DNA of 63,855 nucleotides, filler included, from Octopus bimaculoides (lineage: Eukaryota), in the NCBI RefSeq assembly GCF_001194135.2. It is 6 parts of 6 records of this genome, joined end to end, with 100 filler letters (N's around TTAATTAATTAA, not from the genome) between each part and the next. Parts side by side here need not be neighbours in the genome. Positions count along the whole stretch, not along the records: positions 1 to 16,931 come from NC_068982.1; 5 more parts are not named here. One strand, given 5' to 3'. Position 1 is the first letter of the stretch; each line of letters opens with the position of its first letter. Positions 1-13,580 of this stretch are shown piece after piece. The notes under the pieces were generated by a model, which was not told the origin of the DNA, searched no databases, and saw only the letters and a list, made by a program, of their open reading frames with translations. The translations under genes were made by a program, and so were the position numbers.

Positions 1-46
<46 letters not shown>

Positions 47-160
47 GTGTACATATGTTTGTGACTATATGTGTGTGCGCGTGTGTGAGTGTATGTCTGT
101 AAGTACATACATATATTACATTATATATGCGTACAAATCTGTGTGCGCGCGTGCGAGCGC
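1..160. repeat. (TA)n/(TG)n microsatellite block
   Basis: Directly visible dinucleotide runs at the window start. Confidence 0.95.
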
Positions 161-1158
161 CTTCCCGCACCTGAGTGGGTGAATGCTTAAATAAATTTGT
201 AGAAACTTTCTGAAACATAACAGTTATGGAAGACTGTCAAGATTTATTATTTTGAAAGCTAGACCTTTCAGCCACTCATAAACAAAATGTGCCTACGTTT
301 CATTTAACATCTGTCATTTCATTTCACCCACACCAATCAAACTAGCAATTTGGCTTGTATGTGTTAGCTCAGCCTGCTGGATATCATGGTCAGATCTCAC
401 TCAAATTAAACCCCAACACCGTCATAGAACAGACCATATTGGATATCTTCATTGGTTTACTGTACATGGAAAAGACTGAACGGTCACGACTGGAATGATT
501 TAATCATAAATTTGTTCGATCAGTGCTGAGCTGTAGGTACATAACAACAACTTCTGTCGATGTTAATCTTGAGAAATACCTTAACGTTGCATATGAAATT
601 CCTCTAAATTTGGTTACATAGTGTTTACCAAAGCTTAAGATAAAAAAAAAGACGATATAGTTTAGTTTGACAGAAAAAACTATTGTACGGAAAAATATTA
701 TTTTCCTTTCTAGAATGAGACAGGCTACTTAAAGAAAGAATCGTTTGGTGTAATGAGACACAAAGAAAAAAATACGGCCAGGAAATGGTAGCTATTTCCT
801 GACTGTCCACAATGACTAATAAATAATGTTTTTGCCGATGGAATCATTGAAATTAGACATTCATAGCAAAACGTGACCAGTGTAAACATAATATCATTGT
901 ATGGTAATAAGTTCTCCCAAAACTTCACTGACCATTTCCTACTTGTAGTCGTTAATTACTTACTTTTGTTTTATCTGCTCACAGTTGTTGTTTCATTTTG
1001 TTTTGTTCTTTTGTTTTGTTGTTGGTAGTTTTTGTTTGTTTTTGTTTTTTGCTTTGCCTGTTTGGTAGGGCTAGGAATTTTTTCCTATTTTACTTTCAAT
1101 TTCTACAGTTTGAGTTTTGAATTAGTATCAGCAAATGTTATCCCTCCTTTTGTTAATT

Positions 1159-1161
1159 TGT

Positions 1162-1229
<68 letters not shown>
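1159..1229. repeat. (TG)n microsatellite
   Basis: About 35 TG units; accounts for the CVCV run in ORF 1032..1439. Confidence 0.95.
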
Positions 1230-1231
<2 letters not shown>

Positions 1232-1289
1232 CGACCATTCTTCTCTTCTTCCACCAACAAAGATATTAAATTCAGGTTCGTTTTGGGGG

Positions 1290-2120
1290 TTAATAAACCT
1301 GTATCTCAGTTTGTCAAAGCGATTAGCTAGGTGGAAATGTGACTTACAAACGGAGACTATACCCGCTCACCTTCTAAAATGTTCTGTAGGTGAAACAGCC
1401 CCCGAGTATGTCTGTGCATCGACAACTACGGCATGCTGAACCAACTTTGCAGAAGGTATTTGCAGCAGATGGATCACACAGCTAATGAAATGCGTCCATC
1501 TTCTCAGCTCATTTCTGGTAAAGCAAGCCACCTTGTTCATAACGTCATCCCAGATTTGATCCTCTCGAGGTAGGGAACAAATCAGACCACGAGCAATTTG
1601 ACCTATCCGTTTGTTCTGTTATACATGACACTGTCATACAGAATGGGCCTGCCTCATTAGGGGCCGACCTTTAAGCCTACCCCCTTATGAGGATTTGCAT
1701 TTATTCTTACCATCGCGTCAAATTCTTTTAGAATGGTATCATTCATCTCAGTGGTATGCGACGCCATTACGGTGACATCATCACCATACAATGATATGGC
1801 CCTTCGGAGTACCAACTCGAAAGTGGTATCCTCCTCAACACTTTTAGCTCCTGCATCAATGGCTTGAGATCCAGCAAGTTAAAGAAGAGGTGAGAGAAGA
1901 CACTCTCGACGAACCGAGCGTGCCATATAAAATGATTCTGCGTCGACATTTCCTCTGCTTTCTTATCAATGAGCTGTGCATTGCTACGAAGTAACCACTG
2001 AACATGGGTCAGAAACTGGGCGCTTTCAGGACGGTAGTCAAATAGAAAAAGTTCGTTCTATCTAAAGCTTTTGACTTATTCAGATTAAACAAGGCCTCCT
2101 CCGAAGTCAGGTTAACTTCC
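1290..2120 (-). mobile_element. Decayed non-LTR retrotransposon reverse-transcriptase fragment, L1/Tx1-like
   Basis: Minus-strand frames give SKALDRTNFFYLTTVLKA (cf. SKAFDRV.H.YL..VL), a degraded QGCPLSPLL..LEPL region (LLDLKPLMQEL) and SLYGDDVTV (YADD box). Frameshifts and stops are present. Confidence 0.75.
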
Positions 2121-3519
2121 TACCCCCGCTATGATGTACTGCAACCATTGTTCCTTTGTTGTTGCTGATTTTCAGGTTGTTGTAACTGTTGTTGTTGCTT
2201 TTAGCGATTTCGCTATTGTTATTGTTGATGTTTCCACGTTGATGCTTCCAGCGACACCTAAATTCACCCCTGAAGAAGTGACATCAACATCTCATTGATA
2301 AGCAAAGTTCACACATTTGGTCGTGACGTTGTAATTGATTAAGTCGATCACGTGTTTTACAAAAATTCACTTTGTTAGTATTTGATATCGGAACGTGAGG
2401 GTTCGAATGTAAAATATAACGATGCATTGAATCTGTCCTTCTACCTGTTCTATCACTGAATAACTACAACGATATCAACAATGACACGGCTTTCTGTTAT
2501 TGACAAGACAATGTAATTGGTTCAATTTTCTTGTTGTTTCAGCTATTTTACAGACTTAGACATGCCTAATATCGCTAGGAAATTGTCATCTAATCTGTTC
2601 TTTTTGATATAAGCCCATGAAAAATAGTGCTTGCATCATTCCCATGACACTGTACATTATTATACTACATGATAGCTGTGAATTAATGTATTTATCTGCA
2701 ATCGAATGTAAAAAAATAAAAAGACGTCGAAATATTGCAAATCCACATTCTTTCATTTTCTCCGCTTCTTCTATATTTCAAAATATGAATGAATATTTTG
2801 GCATACTATTTAGAATTACATGCCTTTGGTAACGTCTTCATCACCACCATCCTGTTTCTGCTACTGCTGCTATCGTTATTTCGCTCCAAAAAGAAGAAAA
2901 GAAATTACGAAAGACTTGCTTTATGGACATCATACTCATATTTCATAAAGATATTTTGGGGTTTCTTTTGGTTTTTTTTTTTTTTTCGTTGTCTCCATAA
3001 ATGCTTTTGAAATCTTGTTCTGGTTCTTCTGAATGATGACCAAAAACTATCTTAAAAATCCAATTAAGTTTCCATTAAATATATGTCAACTCTGTACCAT
3101 TTAGCTCAGTCTTAATCTTTCGTTGACAATCATCTTTTAGCTATTTTACATTAATGGCTTTCCAGGCAATTTCTTGTGCCTGGAACAGTTTTTGTTGAAG
3201 GGCACGCCTCAGAATATTGATTATTCGTTAAATTTGTTTTTCTATTTTGTTATTTTAGTTTCAATTCATTTTCCTTGCTAGAGGCTGTTGAAAATTTCAA
3301 CATAAGTAATCTCTTTTGAATTGCAAAAGTAAAGAAGCGACGTATTTCATCCGTTGAATGAAATTCTCTCATTTGCTGCATAGTTAATGTATGTTTAGTC
3401 TGAGAAGAGCAGCAGGTTGATAGAAGAGATACTACAGTAATAACTGTTTCTAACAGAGGCATAAAACCTGAAATTTGGCTGAGAGGGTCTGTTACACTGA
3501 CCCTAGTATTTTATTTTAT

Positions 3520-3780
3520 TTATGAAAGTTATGAGAGGCAAAATAGTCCTAATATGGATTTGAACTCATAATGTAAGGAATCGGAAAAACTACTGCAAGG
3601 CAGTTTGCCCAACGCTCTACTGATTCTGCCATTCTACCACCGTATGTTTCTCAGATAAGCACAAGGACTAATATATCTTGAGGAAAGCGTGTTAGTCGTT
3701 TAAATCGACCCCAGGAATTTACTGTTACCGAAACCTTATCCACCCCGGGGGGATGAAAAGTACAAGTTAAACGCAATAAA
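3520..3780 (-). mobile_element. Degenerate copies of SINE family B
   Basis: The reverse complement resembles the ggcagaa..gttag..gagttcaaat..ggggtcgat..aagtacc units at 14387-15255. Confidence 0.6.
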
Positions 3781-4974
3781 GAATAAAATGTTTTGCGCAG
3801 AGCAGGCACTGAAACTGGTTCAAAAAGTTTCAATTCATAATACTTAGTAAGGTGTCGACCGTCTCATATCCGCAAAATATCTACTTTCAATCTAATTACA
3901 GTCCCACTGTGATAAAACCTCGCTAAACTTTGTTTGACTTCATTCCGGCAGACATCGTAAATATGTGAACCAGTAATATATTGAAACGACGGTCCACGTT
4001 AAACGTCCACATCCTATTCTGGTGAATATTAATTTCTCACATTGGAGTACAAATCCACGAGTTCCAGTAGTGAAGCATAGTCAAGTCAATAAATTTCGTC
4101 TCGCACTAAAGACTTCATTTAATCCTTCTTCACTAGTTGTCAGCAATTTCATCACAATACACCTTTATTTAATTATTCGTTTATTTATTTATTTACTTAT
4201 TACACACACACACCAACGTGCAAATGATGATATTGAGCATCATTGCAAATGTCTCATCTATTTGCAATGATCTTCATCATTGCTTGTCTCATTTTTACTA
4301 TAAAAAATAGGCTTATTTTATCTACACCGTATCGAATGAAGTCCAAATCAGAAAAGGGCATAATTTAACAACACAGAGCACCTTTGGTCGACATTCTGTC
4401 AGTTTTACAGTATCCCTACTCTCCTATCAACTAAAGAAACAAACCTAAGTATAAATGTTAAAATATAAAACATATATAAGGCAAAAACATGATTTGTAGA
4501 TGAGCCTGATAAATCTAAAGGATTTTCTGTGATCTATTGAGCTCAATACATAATTCTCTATAGATCTCATTAATAATATATTTACATCCAGTAAAACAGA
4601 AGAACGGCAGCATTGTTAAGGTTCATAGTCAAAACTATATGTAGTATTTAGTTGCGACCCTTTAGGCTTTAAATTCAAATTCTGTCGAGGTGGATAAAAT
4701 AAGTTGCTATTCAAGTACTGATTTCAATCTTATGGTTTTGTGTCTAAGTCAGAAATCAACACTAGTTCCCTTGCTAGATACTGTAAACAGTATACCTCTT
4801 ATGATAACTTTTTAGCACTGACAACGAAATGTTAAGTGCTTGGACTATAGACACTGCGAGGTGTGATGATAATAGACCAGCCAATAATCCTTCGGCTGGA
4901 AGATCGATAGCCGGTTGACTCCGCTGTCTGTGACACTAATATTATGTTTTTAAACATAGTATTATTTTAAATGA

Positions 4975-5305
4975 TGTGAGGACGCATGGCCTAGTGGTTA
5001 GGATTTTACACTCGCGATCGTGAGGTCATGGTTTCAATTCCTGGACCGGTGGGTGCATAGTGTACTTGAGAAAAAAACACTTCATCTTACGTCAATCACC
5101 TCTACGATTACTTCGACACCTGACGAACGGTACACTGTGCACCTGTTCAGGAAACGTCGATTTTATGGAGGAGGAGGGAATTAGCCAATGTATAGTACAA
5201 ACATCTGACCACTATAAACAAAAAATCTATAAACCATTTGTGCAGGTTGTTCAGCAAGAAATTGCAGAACTGTCTTTTTCTATAGCAACTGAAAGACTGT
5301 ATTTC
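4975..5305 (+). mobile_element. tRNA-derived SINE (family C)
   Basis: Head gcatggcctagtggttagg (A box) ... ggtttcaattcc (B box), followed by a non-tRNA body with no cloverleaf 3' end. Confidence 0.7.
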
Positions 5306-6254
5306 ACCTTATTTTAAAATGTATTTAGTATAATTTGCTCGAATCCAATTTTAAAGATAAGACTTTTTCTCGTTTATCTGCTTTATTTAATCATATTATA
5401 TCATACTTAAATGTAGATACTGAATGGAATTTGAAAGTATTAGAAGATATAATCTATATTCGCTGCAGCAAGTCTGGATATTTTTAGCTATTTAATTTCA
5501 GTCTTTTGAGAATTTTGTTCTTTTAGTATTTTGGAATTCAATATTACTAGTTACATAACTTAGTGATTGCTGTAATGTAAGAGATAATTTCTCGATTAAG
5601 AGAATCCGCGACGCTGTTCCAATATCTCGTTGAAGCATTTTCGCTTCACTTCATTTTTATAGTTAATGTCCTTTGAAAAAGCGTGACGCCACAATCTCGT
5701 ATTTCCCTTCTTCTAAATCATAGGTGCTGATGTTAAAAAAAGCAATATTATTAATAACATAATGCAGTGAGAGCCGTTAAACAATAGATGGTTCCCAGCG
5801 AGCAAACCTTCTACGATGTAGTTTTTATCGCTTTGTATGGTAGACCATTTCACTTGAATTATGGCTATAATTTTAAAAGAAATGAATGAATTCCAGAACC
5901 ACTGTTTTCTAAAGTATATGGTGAAATGAAACCAAAATTATGATGAATACAACCTTATAAGAAGTCAATATTTGAAACAGGTTACCTTCATACTAAGTGA
6001 TACAACAAAGATGTCATTATGTTGTTGGTCCTTCCCTTTCACGCCTGTCAAAATGTCCTCAGCATATTTCAAAGACAATGCAGATTAATCCAACTTTTCT
6101 GATAGTATGACCAAACTAAATTAACTTCTTAACTTAAAACAAAACACTAGGGCTTACTTTCTTTTCCATTCCAAATGGAGTCGATTAAATAAGTACACGT
6201 AGCATAATGAAATAGAAAAAATATCGACAATGGTCCTTGCTAATAATGCATCTT

Positions 6255-6480
6255 GAAAGCTTTATGATTAAACTCCTTCATTACCTTTTCACTGCTTGAT
6301 AATTTTGTAACTATATTCCTTGATGTGGTTAACATCGCTAACGTTATGATTAAACTCCCTGACAATTTTATGCCTCCCCCCTTTGATAATTTTATGACTA
6401 TACTCCTCGATAACTTTGTGACTAGACTCCTTTATATATTTGTGACTATACTCGTCGATGACTTTGTGACCTCGTGACAA
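6255..6480. repeat. Degenerate 24-bp minisatellite
   Basis: Minus-strand units ~agtcacaaagttatcgaggagtat translate as HKVIDEYS/HKYIKESS/HKVIEEYS/HKIIKGGR/HKIVREFN. Confidence 0.75.
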
Positions 6481-7054
6481 CTGAAAATCATTAGTATTTT
6501 CATTAAAAGAGAAACGCACGTATGGGTAGACTCGGTAGAAGGAGGAAAATACCATGAAACATTTAGTTATGTCTCTTTCATTCTGAAGTGAAAATTTAGA
6601 AGATTTACATTACCGTATTTTATCCTTTCAGAATCGATAGAACATATCTGTCTTGCCTTAGTTTCGAGATAATTGTCCACATCCTTTCTAAACTTTTCTA
6701 GAAATCGTTCTAATCTTTCCCAATAACTAATACAAGCACAGGCATTCCGAAAGCTTTTAGAATATAGTTTTATAGAATTTAGACAGCTTCAACTGTCTAG
6801 ATTCCGTCTGGAATCTGCTGAAGTACTTTTCACTTTAGCTTTACTTATAACACCAACACATGCAATATTTACGTTGAGCCCGAGGTATTTCTAATATTCA
6901 TCACTTCTGGTAGAAGAGAAAAATACGTCATTTATATTTACTTCCCTTAACTGATTGACAAAGTTGCCTCGTTTGATTACTAAATATGAATAATTATCCT
7001 GACCTACCTCTATTCCAATGGTCCATGAGATTGTTGTAACCAGTTTTGTTTCTT

Positions 7055-7069
7055 CGTGACGTGAGTATG

Positions 7070-7100
<31 letters not shown>

Positions 7101-7565
7101 GTATGTCATTATTCAGTTTTATTTCAAGATTCCTTGCCAATATAGAAAGAGTCAGCTTCTAACCTAGATCCAGTCTAGATTCCAATGAAGGTCATTGGAA
7201 TTTCAACAGCACCAACAGGGTATTTATGGTAGGTATGTGTGTATATGTGCAGACTTGTATGCTTTGTTTTATGTATCTATTCTCATGCACGTAGTTGCAT
7301 GTCTAGACACGCTCATAGATACGCAAATGATAAACTTCTGGGAAGTTTCACAGATTTTTACAATTCCAGTGATGGCTTAGATTTGTAGTCTTCGAATCAG
7401 CTTTCTCTTTTCTAGTTTTGAGAAACCTAATTTCTCAAGATTTATATTTGTATGTATGTATGTTTTTTATGTATGTATGTTTGTATGTATGTATGTTTGT
7501 ATGTATGTATGTTTGTATGTATGTATGTTTGTATGTATGTATGTTTGTATGTATGTATGTATGTA
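7055..7565. repeat. (TATG)n tracts with intervening interspersed-repeat-like sequence
   Basis: Tetranucleotide runs at ~7065-7100 and ~7445-7565. Confidence 0.8.
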
Positions 7566-8309
7566 TTGTGAGTTTATGCTTACGGTCTAAGGCCTGTGTT
7601 GTTCAAGTTTATGACCTTGTATGGTTCCTAACCTGCCATTCGACAAACCTAGATGCAAACATAAGAAAGAAACTGAAATATGTAACGGGGTTACATATTT
7701 CAAACAGAATTCTTGAGGTCTATAACCCTACATGACCATATTCCAATAATATATGAGTGCGTGTATATGCGCGTAGTGGTGTGTGCGTTGCTGCACGAGC
7801 GTGCGTATGCGTAATAAATAAACGCATTAGAAAACTTAACCAACTGCTTGACATGGTAGATCAAAGTGAAGATACATAGATTATCCTTACCTCTTCAAAT
7901 GGATGAGTTTAAATGGGAAGATGGAGCAGTAAAACTAATCTTTGTTATTTCAGTTGCAGAACCGTTGTGTGACAAAGGCAGATTCGTTGTCGTAGTGATA
8001 TATGTGCTAACAGATATTGCTAATGAAAGGTGAAGAGACTTGATGCAAGATAAGATAAACGTATTACTTTGTATAGAGTGGTCACCTAACTAGTCTTCAA
8101 TCAATGAGATATACAACACAACAAAAGAAATTATTTCTACCTGGTCTTTCTACCGTCTAGAAATAGCAGAAAATCTCTCCCGCCCTTCCACTCTTTCTCT
8201 CACCTCCTCTCTCTCACCTCTCTCTCTTTCTTTTACGTTCTCTCTCCCAAATTATAGCCATTTATCATAAGAAGTAAAGTAGATGAATACATTAATCCCA
8301 AAACACAAG

Positions 8310-8486
8310 AGGCGCTGGAGTGGCCGTGTGGTAAGAAGCTTGCTTCCCAACTGCATGTTTCAGAGTTCAGTCCCACTGCATGGCATCTTGAGCAAGTGTC
8401 TTCCACTATAGCCTCGAGGTCGACTCTGCTGTCTGTGACATTAATATTGTGCGTAGATTTGGTAGGCGGCAACTAAAAGAAACCTG

Positions 8487-8553
<67 letters not shown>
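8310..8553 (+). mobile_element. SINE family A, 5' half running into (GT)n and a gap
   Basis: ggcgctggagtggccgtgtggtaagaagc..cagagttcagtccc tRNA-like head. It matches the reverse complements of 25958-26083 and 55560-55712. Confidence 0.8.
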
Positions 8554-9407
8554 NNNNNNNNNNNNNNNNNNNNNNNNNNNNNNNNNNNNNNNNNNNNNNN
8601 NNNNNNNNNNNNNNNNNNNNNNNNNNNNNNNNNNNNNNNNNNNNNNNNNNNNNNNNNNNNNNNNNNNNNNNNNNNNNNNNNNNNNNNNNNNNNNNNNNNN
8701 NNNNNNNNNNNNNNNNNNNNNNNNNNNNNNNNNNNNNNNNNNNNNNNNNNNNNNNNNNNNNNNNNNNNNNNNNNNNNNNNNNNNNNNNNNNNNNNNNNNN
8801 NNNNNNNNNNNNNNNNNNNNNNNNNNNNNNNNNNNNNNNNNNNNNNNNNNNNNNNNNNNNNNNNNNNNNNNNNNNNNNNNNNNNNNNNNNNNNNNNNNNN
8901 NNNNNNNNNNNNNNNNNNNNNNNNNNNNNNNNNNNNNNNNNNNNNNNNNNNNNNNNNNNNNNNNNNNNNNNNNNNNNNNNNNNNNNNNNNNNNNNNNNNN
9001 NNNNNNNNNNNNNNNNNNNNNNNNNNNNNNNNNNNNNNNNNNNNNNNNNNNNNNNNNNNNNNNNNNNNNNNNNNNNNNNNNNNNNNNNNNNNNNNNNNNN
9101 NNNNNNNNNNNNNNNNNNNNNNNNNNNNNNNNNNNNNNNNNNNNNNNNNNNNNNNNNNNNNNNNNNNNNNNNNNNNNNNNNNNNNNNNNNNNNNNNNNNN
9201 NNNNNNNNNNNNNNNNNNNNNNNNNNNNNNNNNNNNNNNNNNNNNNNNNNNNNNNNNNNNNNNNNNNNNNNNNNNNNNNNNNNNNNNNNNNNNNNNNNNN
9301 NNNNNNNNNNNNNNNNNNNNNNNNNNNNNNNNNNNNNNNNNNNNNNNNNNNNNNNNNNNNNNNNGTGTGTGTGTGCGTGTGTGTGTGTGTATGTGTGTGT
9401 GTGTGTA

Positions 9408-9455
<48 letters not shown>

Positions 9456-10739
9456 TGACTACAAAGCAAATTTCTATACCACACAGACAAGTTTAAACAT
9501 CGTTTCAGATCCAGCTAGAAAGATTTGTAGATATACCCACATACTTAATGGGTGTTCCGTAATGTTCCTCGACCACAAATTACTAAATACCGCCATTTAT
9601 TATCGATATTCACTGATACATAAACAGTGAAAGTTAAGTAAATGGTGACTCTCATTGCAAGTTAGGAATACATCAAAATTATGACTCCTAGATTTTTGTC
9701 AAACCTGCTTGGATAATAGAACGAAGAGTTTTTATATAGATAAAGATTTACAAAGAATTTTGCCTGGTATGAATGGAATATGTATATGGGTAATCACTTC
9801 TTGAATAAGACACAAATCTATTGTGCACAAAGTACCATTCTCAATCAACTTACCACATCTCGTACTATAGCGCCTTTCCTGAGCATTGGCGTGAACGTTA
9901 GTCTACTTTGTAAAACTTTAATATTTATGTCACAGATATAACACAAAATATGTTTAATTCATATGATACACAGCTTATTTCATACATAACTATATTCAGG
10001 TATCAATTTTATTTGGATTTTGTTTTTAGTTTGGGCTAGCATCTATAATTCAAAACACGCAATGAAATCGAAAGCTTTTACGGCTGATATTTTATTATAA
10101 TAATTCTGTTCTTCACCAAATAGTTTGAAATTAGCTATTAAACAAATTAGCTTTTACACTTATTCATGATCATTCTGTAAAGTGTGATCTATAGAATTCT
10201 AATGCAAACGTACAATTTCTACTAATTAATGCGTTATAATAGGATGCCAAATACGACCAGGTTTGTCGCTATCTGTCTTCAGAGAGTGTTAAACATTCAT
10301 CTCCATAGATATTCTTAATACTAACCAGTTGACTCCGAAACCGAGGTTCTCGCATCACATACAATCTACGACACATCATATGCCGATCGCGAGTGCATTT
10401 AAGATAACAAAATGTAAGGAGCGAAATGGAAAATAGTTTTCAGAAAGTATATATAGTATCCGGTCATGTATATCCACTTGTCAGTAGGTAATGTTTTTGT
10501 TTAAATCTGTTTCATCTCTAATTTCAGTCTGTGTGGAGGAGAATGGACTAGCAATAAATTACCATTGTTCATCATTTTTAATTAGTTATTCGTTATCGAG
10601 GATGACCAACAATTGGTGATTTAATCTAGTTATATCTGCTAAAGCGAAAGTCTAGTTATGAAATACACGCTTTCCTTAATGATGCAGTTCACATACGTAA
10701 AGGCGATCGATTGATAGAGTTTGCAAAGCGTGAGATTAA

Positions 10740-11055
10740 TAACTGGCACTCCGTCGGCTACGATTACAAGGGTTCCAGTTCATCCCATCAACGGAACAGC
10801 CTGCTCGTGAAATTAACGTGCAAGTGGCTGAACACTCCACAGCCACGCATACCTTTAACATAGTTCTCTGGGAAATTCAGCGTGACACAGAATGTGATAA
10901 GGCCGTCCCTTTGAATTACAGGTACAACTTTTTTTTGGTAGCTGAGTGGACTGGAGCAACGTGAACTAAAGTATCTTGCTCAAGAACACAACGCGCAGCC
11001 CGGTCCGGGAATCGAACTCACGATCGTGAGCCTATTACCCTAATCACTAAGCCAT
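10740..11055 (-). mobile_element. SINE family D, internally deleted copy
   Basis: Colinear with 13193-13580 (ggcactccgtc..aacggaacagcctgctcgtgaaattaacgtgcaagtggctg..gggaatcgaac). Confidence 0.85.
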
Positions 11056-11494
11056 ACCTTCCGTCAGATTAATAGCATGGCAGTATTTACTTAAGTCTAT
11101 TGCCATTCTTTGTTCGAAATCTGCCAAAATGAACTTCACCTTACATCATTCTCGTATCGATATAATAAGTACCATTCAAGTACTGGGGTCAATATAATCG
11201 ACAATACTCTTCCGCCATGTTTGTGGACTTTTGCTGATGTCAGAAACAATAATCAACATAACTAGAGAGAAGGTCATACATAATAAAATTATTACAGTTA
11301 TGTTTATCATCGTGGTAACATATACTTTGTTATTCTATATATCCAATGGCATAGATGCATCTGCAAATACATCTACAATACTCAATAGTATGTTTTAAAA
11401 ATACAGTGATTCCTTCTCGTATTCATATTAGCTAGAATTACGTGTTTGTTTACAAATACATACACATATAAGCACTCATACACACACACAGTTA

Positions 11495-11736
11495 TATATA
11501 TTCTTTTATTCTTTTATTTGTTTCAGTCATTTGACTGCGGCCATGTTGGAGCACCGCCTTTAGTCGAACAAATCGACCCCAGAACTTATTCACTGTAAGT
11601 CTAGTACTTATTCTATCGGTTTCTTTTCCTGAACCACCAGCACCGGTTGTCAAGCGATGGTGGGGACACAAACATATACATACATACATACATACATACA
11701 TACATACATACGTATATACATATATATATATATATA
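11495..11736 (-). mobile_element. SINE family A, 3' half plus (TACA)/(TA) microsatellite
   Basis: tttcagtcatttgactgcggccatg..gcaccggttgtcaagcgatg matches 55320-55520, the tail of the full-length copy. Confidence 0.75.
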
Positions 11737-12467
11737 NNNNNNNNNNNNNNNNNNNNNNNNNNNNNNNNNNNNNNNNNNNNNNNNNNNNNNNNNNNNNNNN
11801 NNNNNNNNNNNNNNNNNNNNNNNNNNNNNNNNNNNNNNNNNNNNNNNNNNNNNNNNNNNNNNNNNNNNNNNNNNNNNNNNNNNNNNNNNNNNNNNNNNNN
11901 NNNNNNNNNNNNNNNNNNNNNNNNNNNNNNNNNNNNNNNNNNNNNNNNNNNNNNNNNNNNNNNNNNNNNNNNNNNNNNNNNNNNNNNNNNNNNNNNNNNN
12001 NNNNNNNNNNNNNNNNNNNNNNNNNNNNNNNNNNNNNNNNNNNNNNNNNNNNNNNNNNNNNNNNNNNNNNNNNNNNNNNNNNNNNNNNNNNNNNNNNNNN
12101 NNNNNNNNNNNNNNNNNNNNNNNNNNNNNNNNNNNNNNNNNNNNNNNNNNNNNNNNNNNNNNNNNNNNNNNNNNNNNNNNNNNNNNNNNNNNNNNNNNNN
12201 NNNNNNNNNNNNNNNNNNNNNNNNNNNNNNNNNNNNNNNNNNNNNNNNNNNNNNNNNNNNNNNNNNNNNNNNNNNNNNNNNNNNNNNNNNNNNNNNNNNN
12301 NNNNNNNNNNNNNNNNNNNNNNNNNNNNNNNNNNNNNNNNNNNNNNNNNNNNNNNNNNNNNNNNNNNNNNNNNNNNNNNNNNNNNNNNNNNNNNNNNNNN
12401 NNNNNNNNNNNNNNNNNNNNNNNNNNNNNNNNNNNNNNNNNNNNNNNNNNNNNNNNNNNNNNNNNNN

Positions 12468-12524
<57 letters not shown>

Positions 12525-12953
12525 CATACGTATACACACAGGCACACAGACACACATACACACACAGACACACATTTATAGCAAGGATAAAGCACTGAAA
12601 AAACATAACCACTTATTCCTGAAATTTTTCACACTCGTAAAACAATTCTTTATATATTCATGCGCAACTAATTATCTCCATTTGATTGGTCTCTATCTTT
12701 TTATGAATAAGTGTGCTTATTCAAAATTCGATTACATAGAAAGCAGTCGCTATATCGGCTTCATAAATGCAAAAATACATTTAATAATTCAGAGAGGGAA
12801 ACCCTTGGTTGCTGTATTTCACAAGACTTTTTTTGTGGTTTTTATTATAATAATATTTGTACTCTCGTAACGGATCGTGTGCTAGTCTACATGTTGAATT
12901 TTACACCACAAAGATATAGATATATACCTATATATACGTATATCTTACATATA

Positions 12954-13170
12954 CGACAGGGTGCTGAAAAGTTCCTGGCTTTGGGTAAAAGAAAATACAA
13001 GAAGATCAGTTAATTATGATTTTATCCAACACATTCCCCTCTCAGATTCACACACTTATTTCAATAGTCCTTCAAGTTTTCTAATCCCTGTAAAAGAACT
13101 CGGAAGATTAGGCTTCCAGCCCGTCCTCTCGTGACACCCATAAAGCCAGGAACTTTTCAGCACCCTCGCG
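12954..13170. mobile_element. mariner-type MITE (~217 bp)
   Basis: 29-bp TIRs cgacagggtgctgaaaagttcctggcttt / aaagccaggaacttttcagcaccctcgcg (27/29 match), flanked by TA. No coding capacity. Confidence 0.9.
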
Positions 13171-13192
13171 TAACTTCTGTGGAACAAGGATT

Positions 13193-13580
13193 GTTGTTGT
13201 TGGCACTCCGTCGCTTACGACGTCGAGGGTTACAGTTGATCCGATCAACGGAACAGCCTGCTCATGAAATTAACGTGCAAGTGGCTGAGCACTCCACAGA
13301 CACATGTACCCTTAACGTAGTTCTCGAGGATATTCAGCGTGACACAGAGTGTGACAAGGCTGACCCTTTGAATTACAGGCACAACAGAAACAGGAAGTAA
13401 GATTGAGAGAAAGTTGTGGTGAAAGAGTACAGCAGGGTTCGCCACCATCCCCTGCCGGAGCCTCATGGAGCTTTAGGTGTTTTCGCTCAATAAACACTCA
13501 CAACGCCCGGTCTGGGAATCGAAACCGCGATCCTATGACCGCGAGTCCGCTGCCCTAACCACTGGGCCATTGCGCCTCCA
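13193..13580 (-). mobile_element. Full-length tRNA-derived SINE family D with 12-bp target-site duplication
   Basis: Minus-strand head tggaggcgcaatggcccagtggttagg..ggtttcgattccc and an (AAC)n tail. TSD ggaacaaggatt at 13181-13192 and 13582-13593. Confidence 0.92.

Noticed and set aside
7952-8032. Possible micro-exon tttcag|ttgcagaacc...gaaag|gtgaag
   Set aside because: Weak donor, unrecognisable peptide, and no partner exons.
13131-13497. ORFs of 60-90 aa with ordinary-looking composition
   Set aside because: They lie entirely within SINE-D, and similar text recurs at 10740 and 22534.
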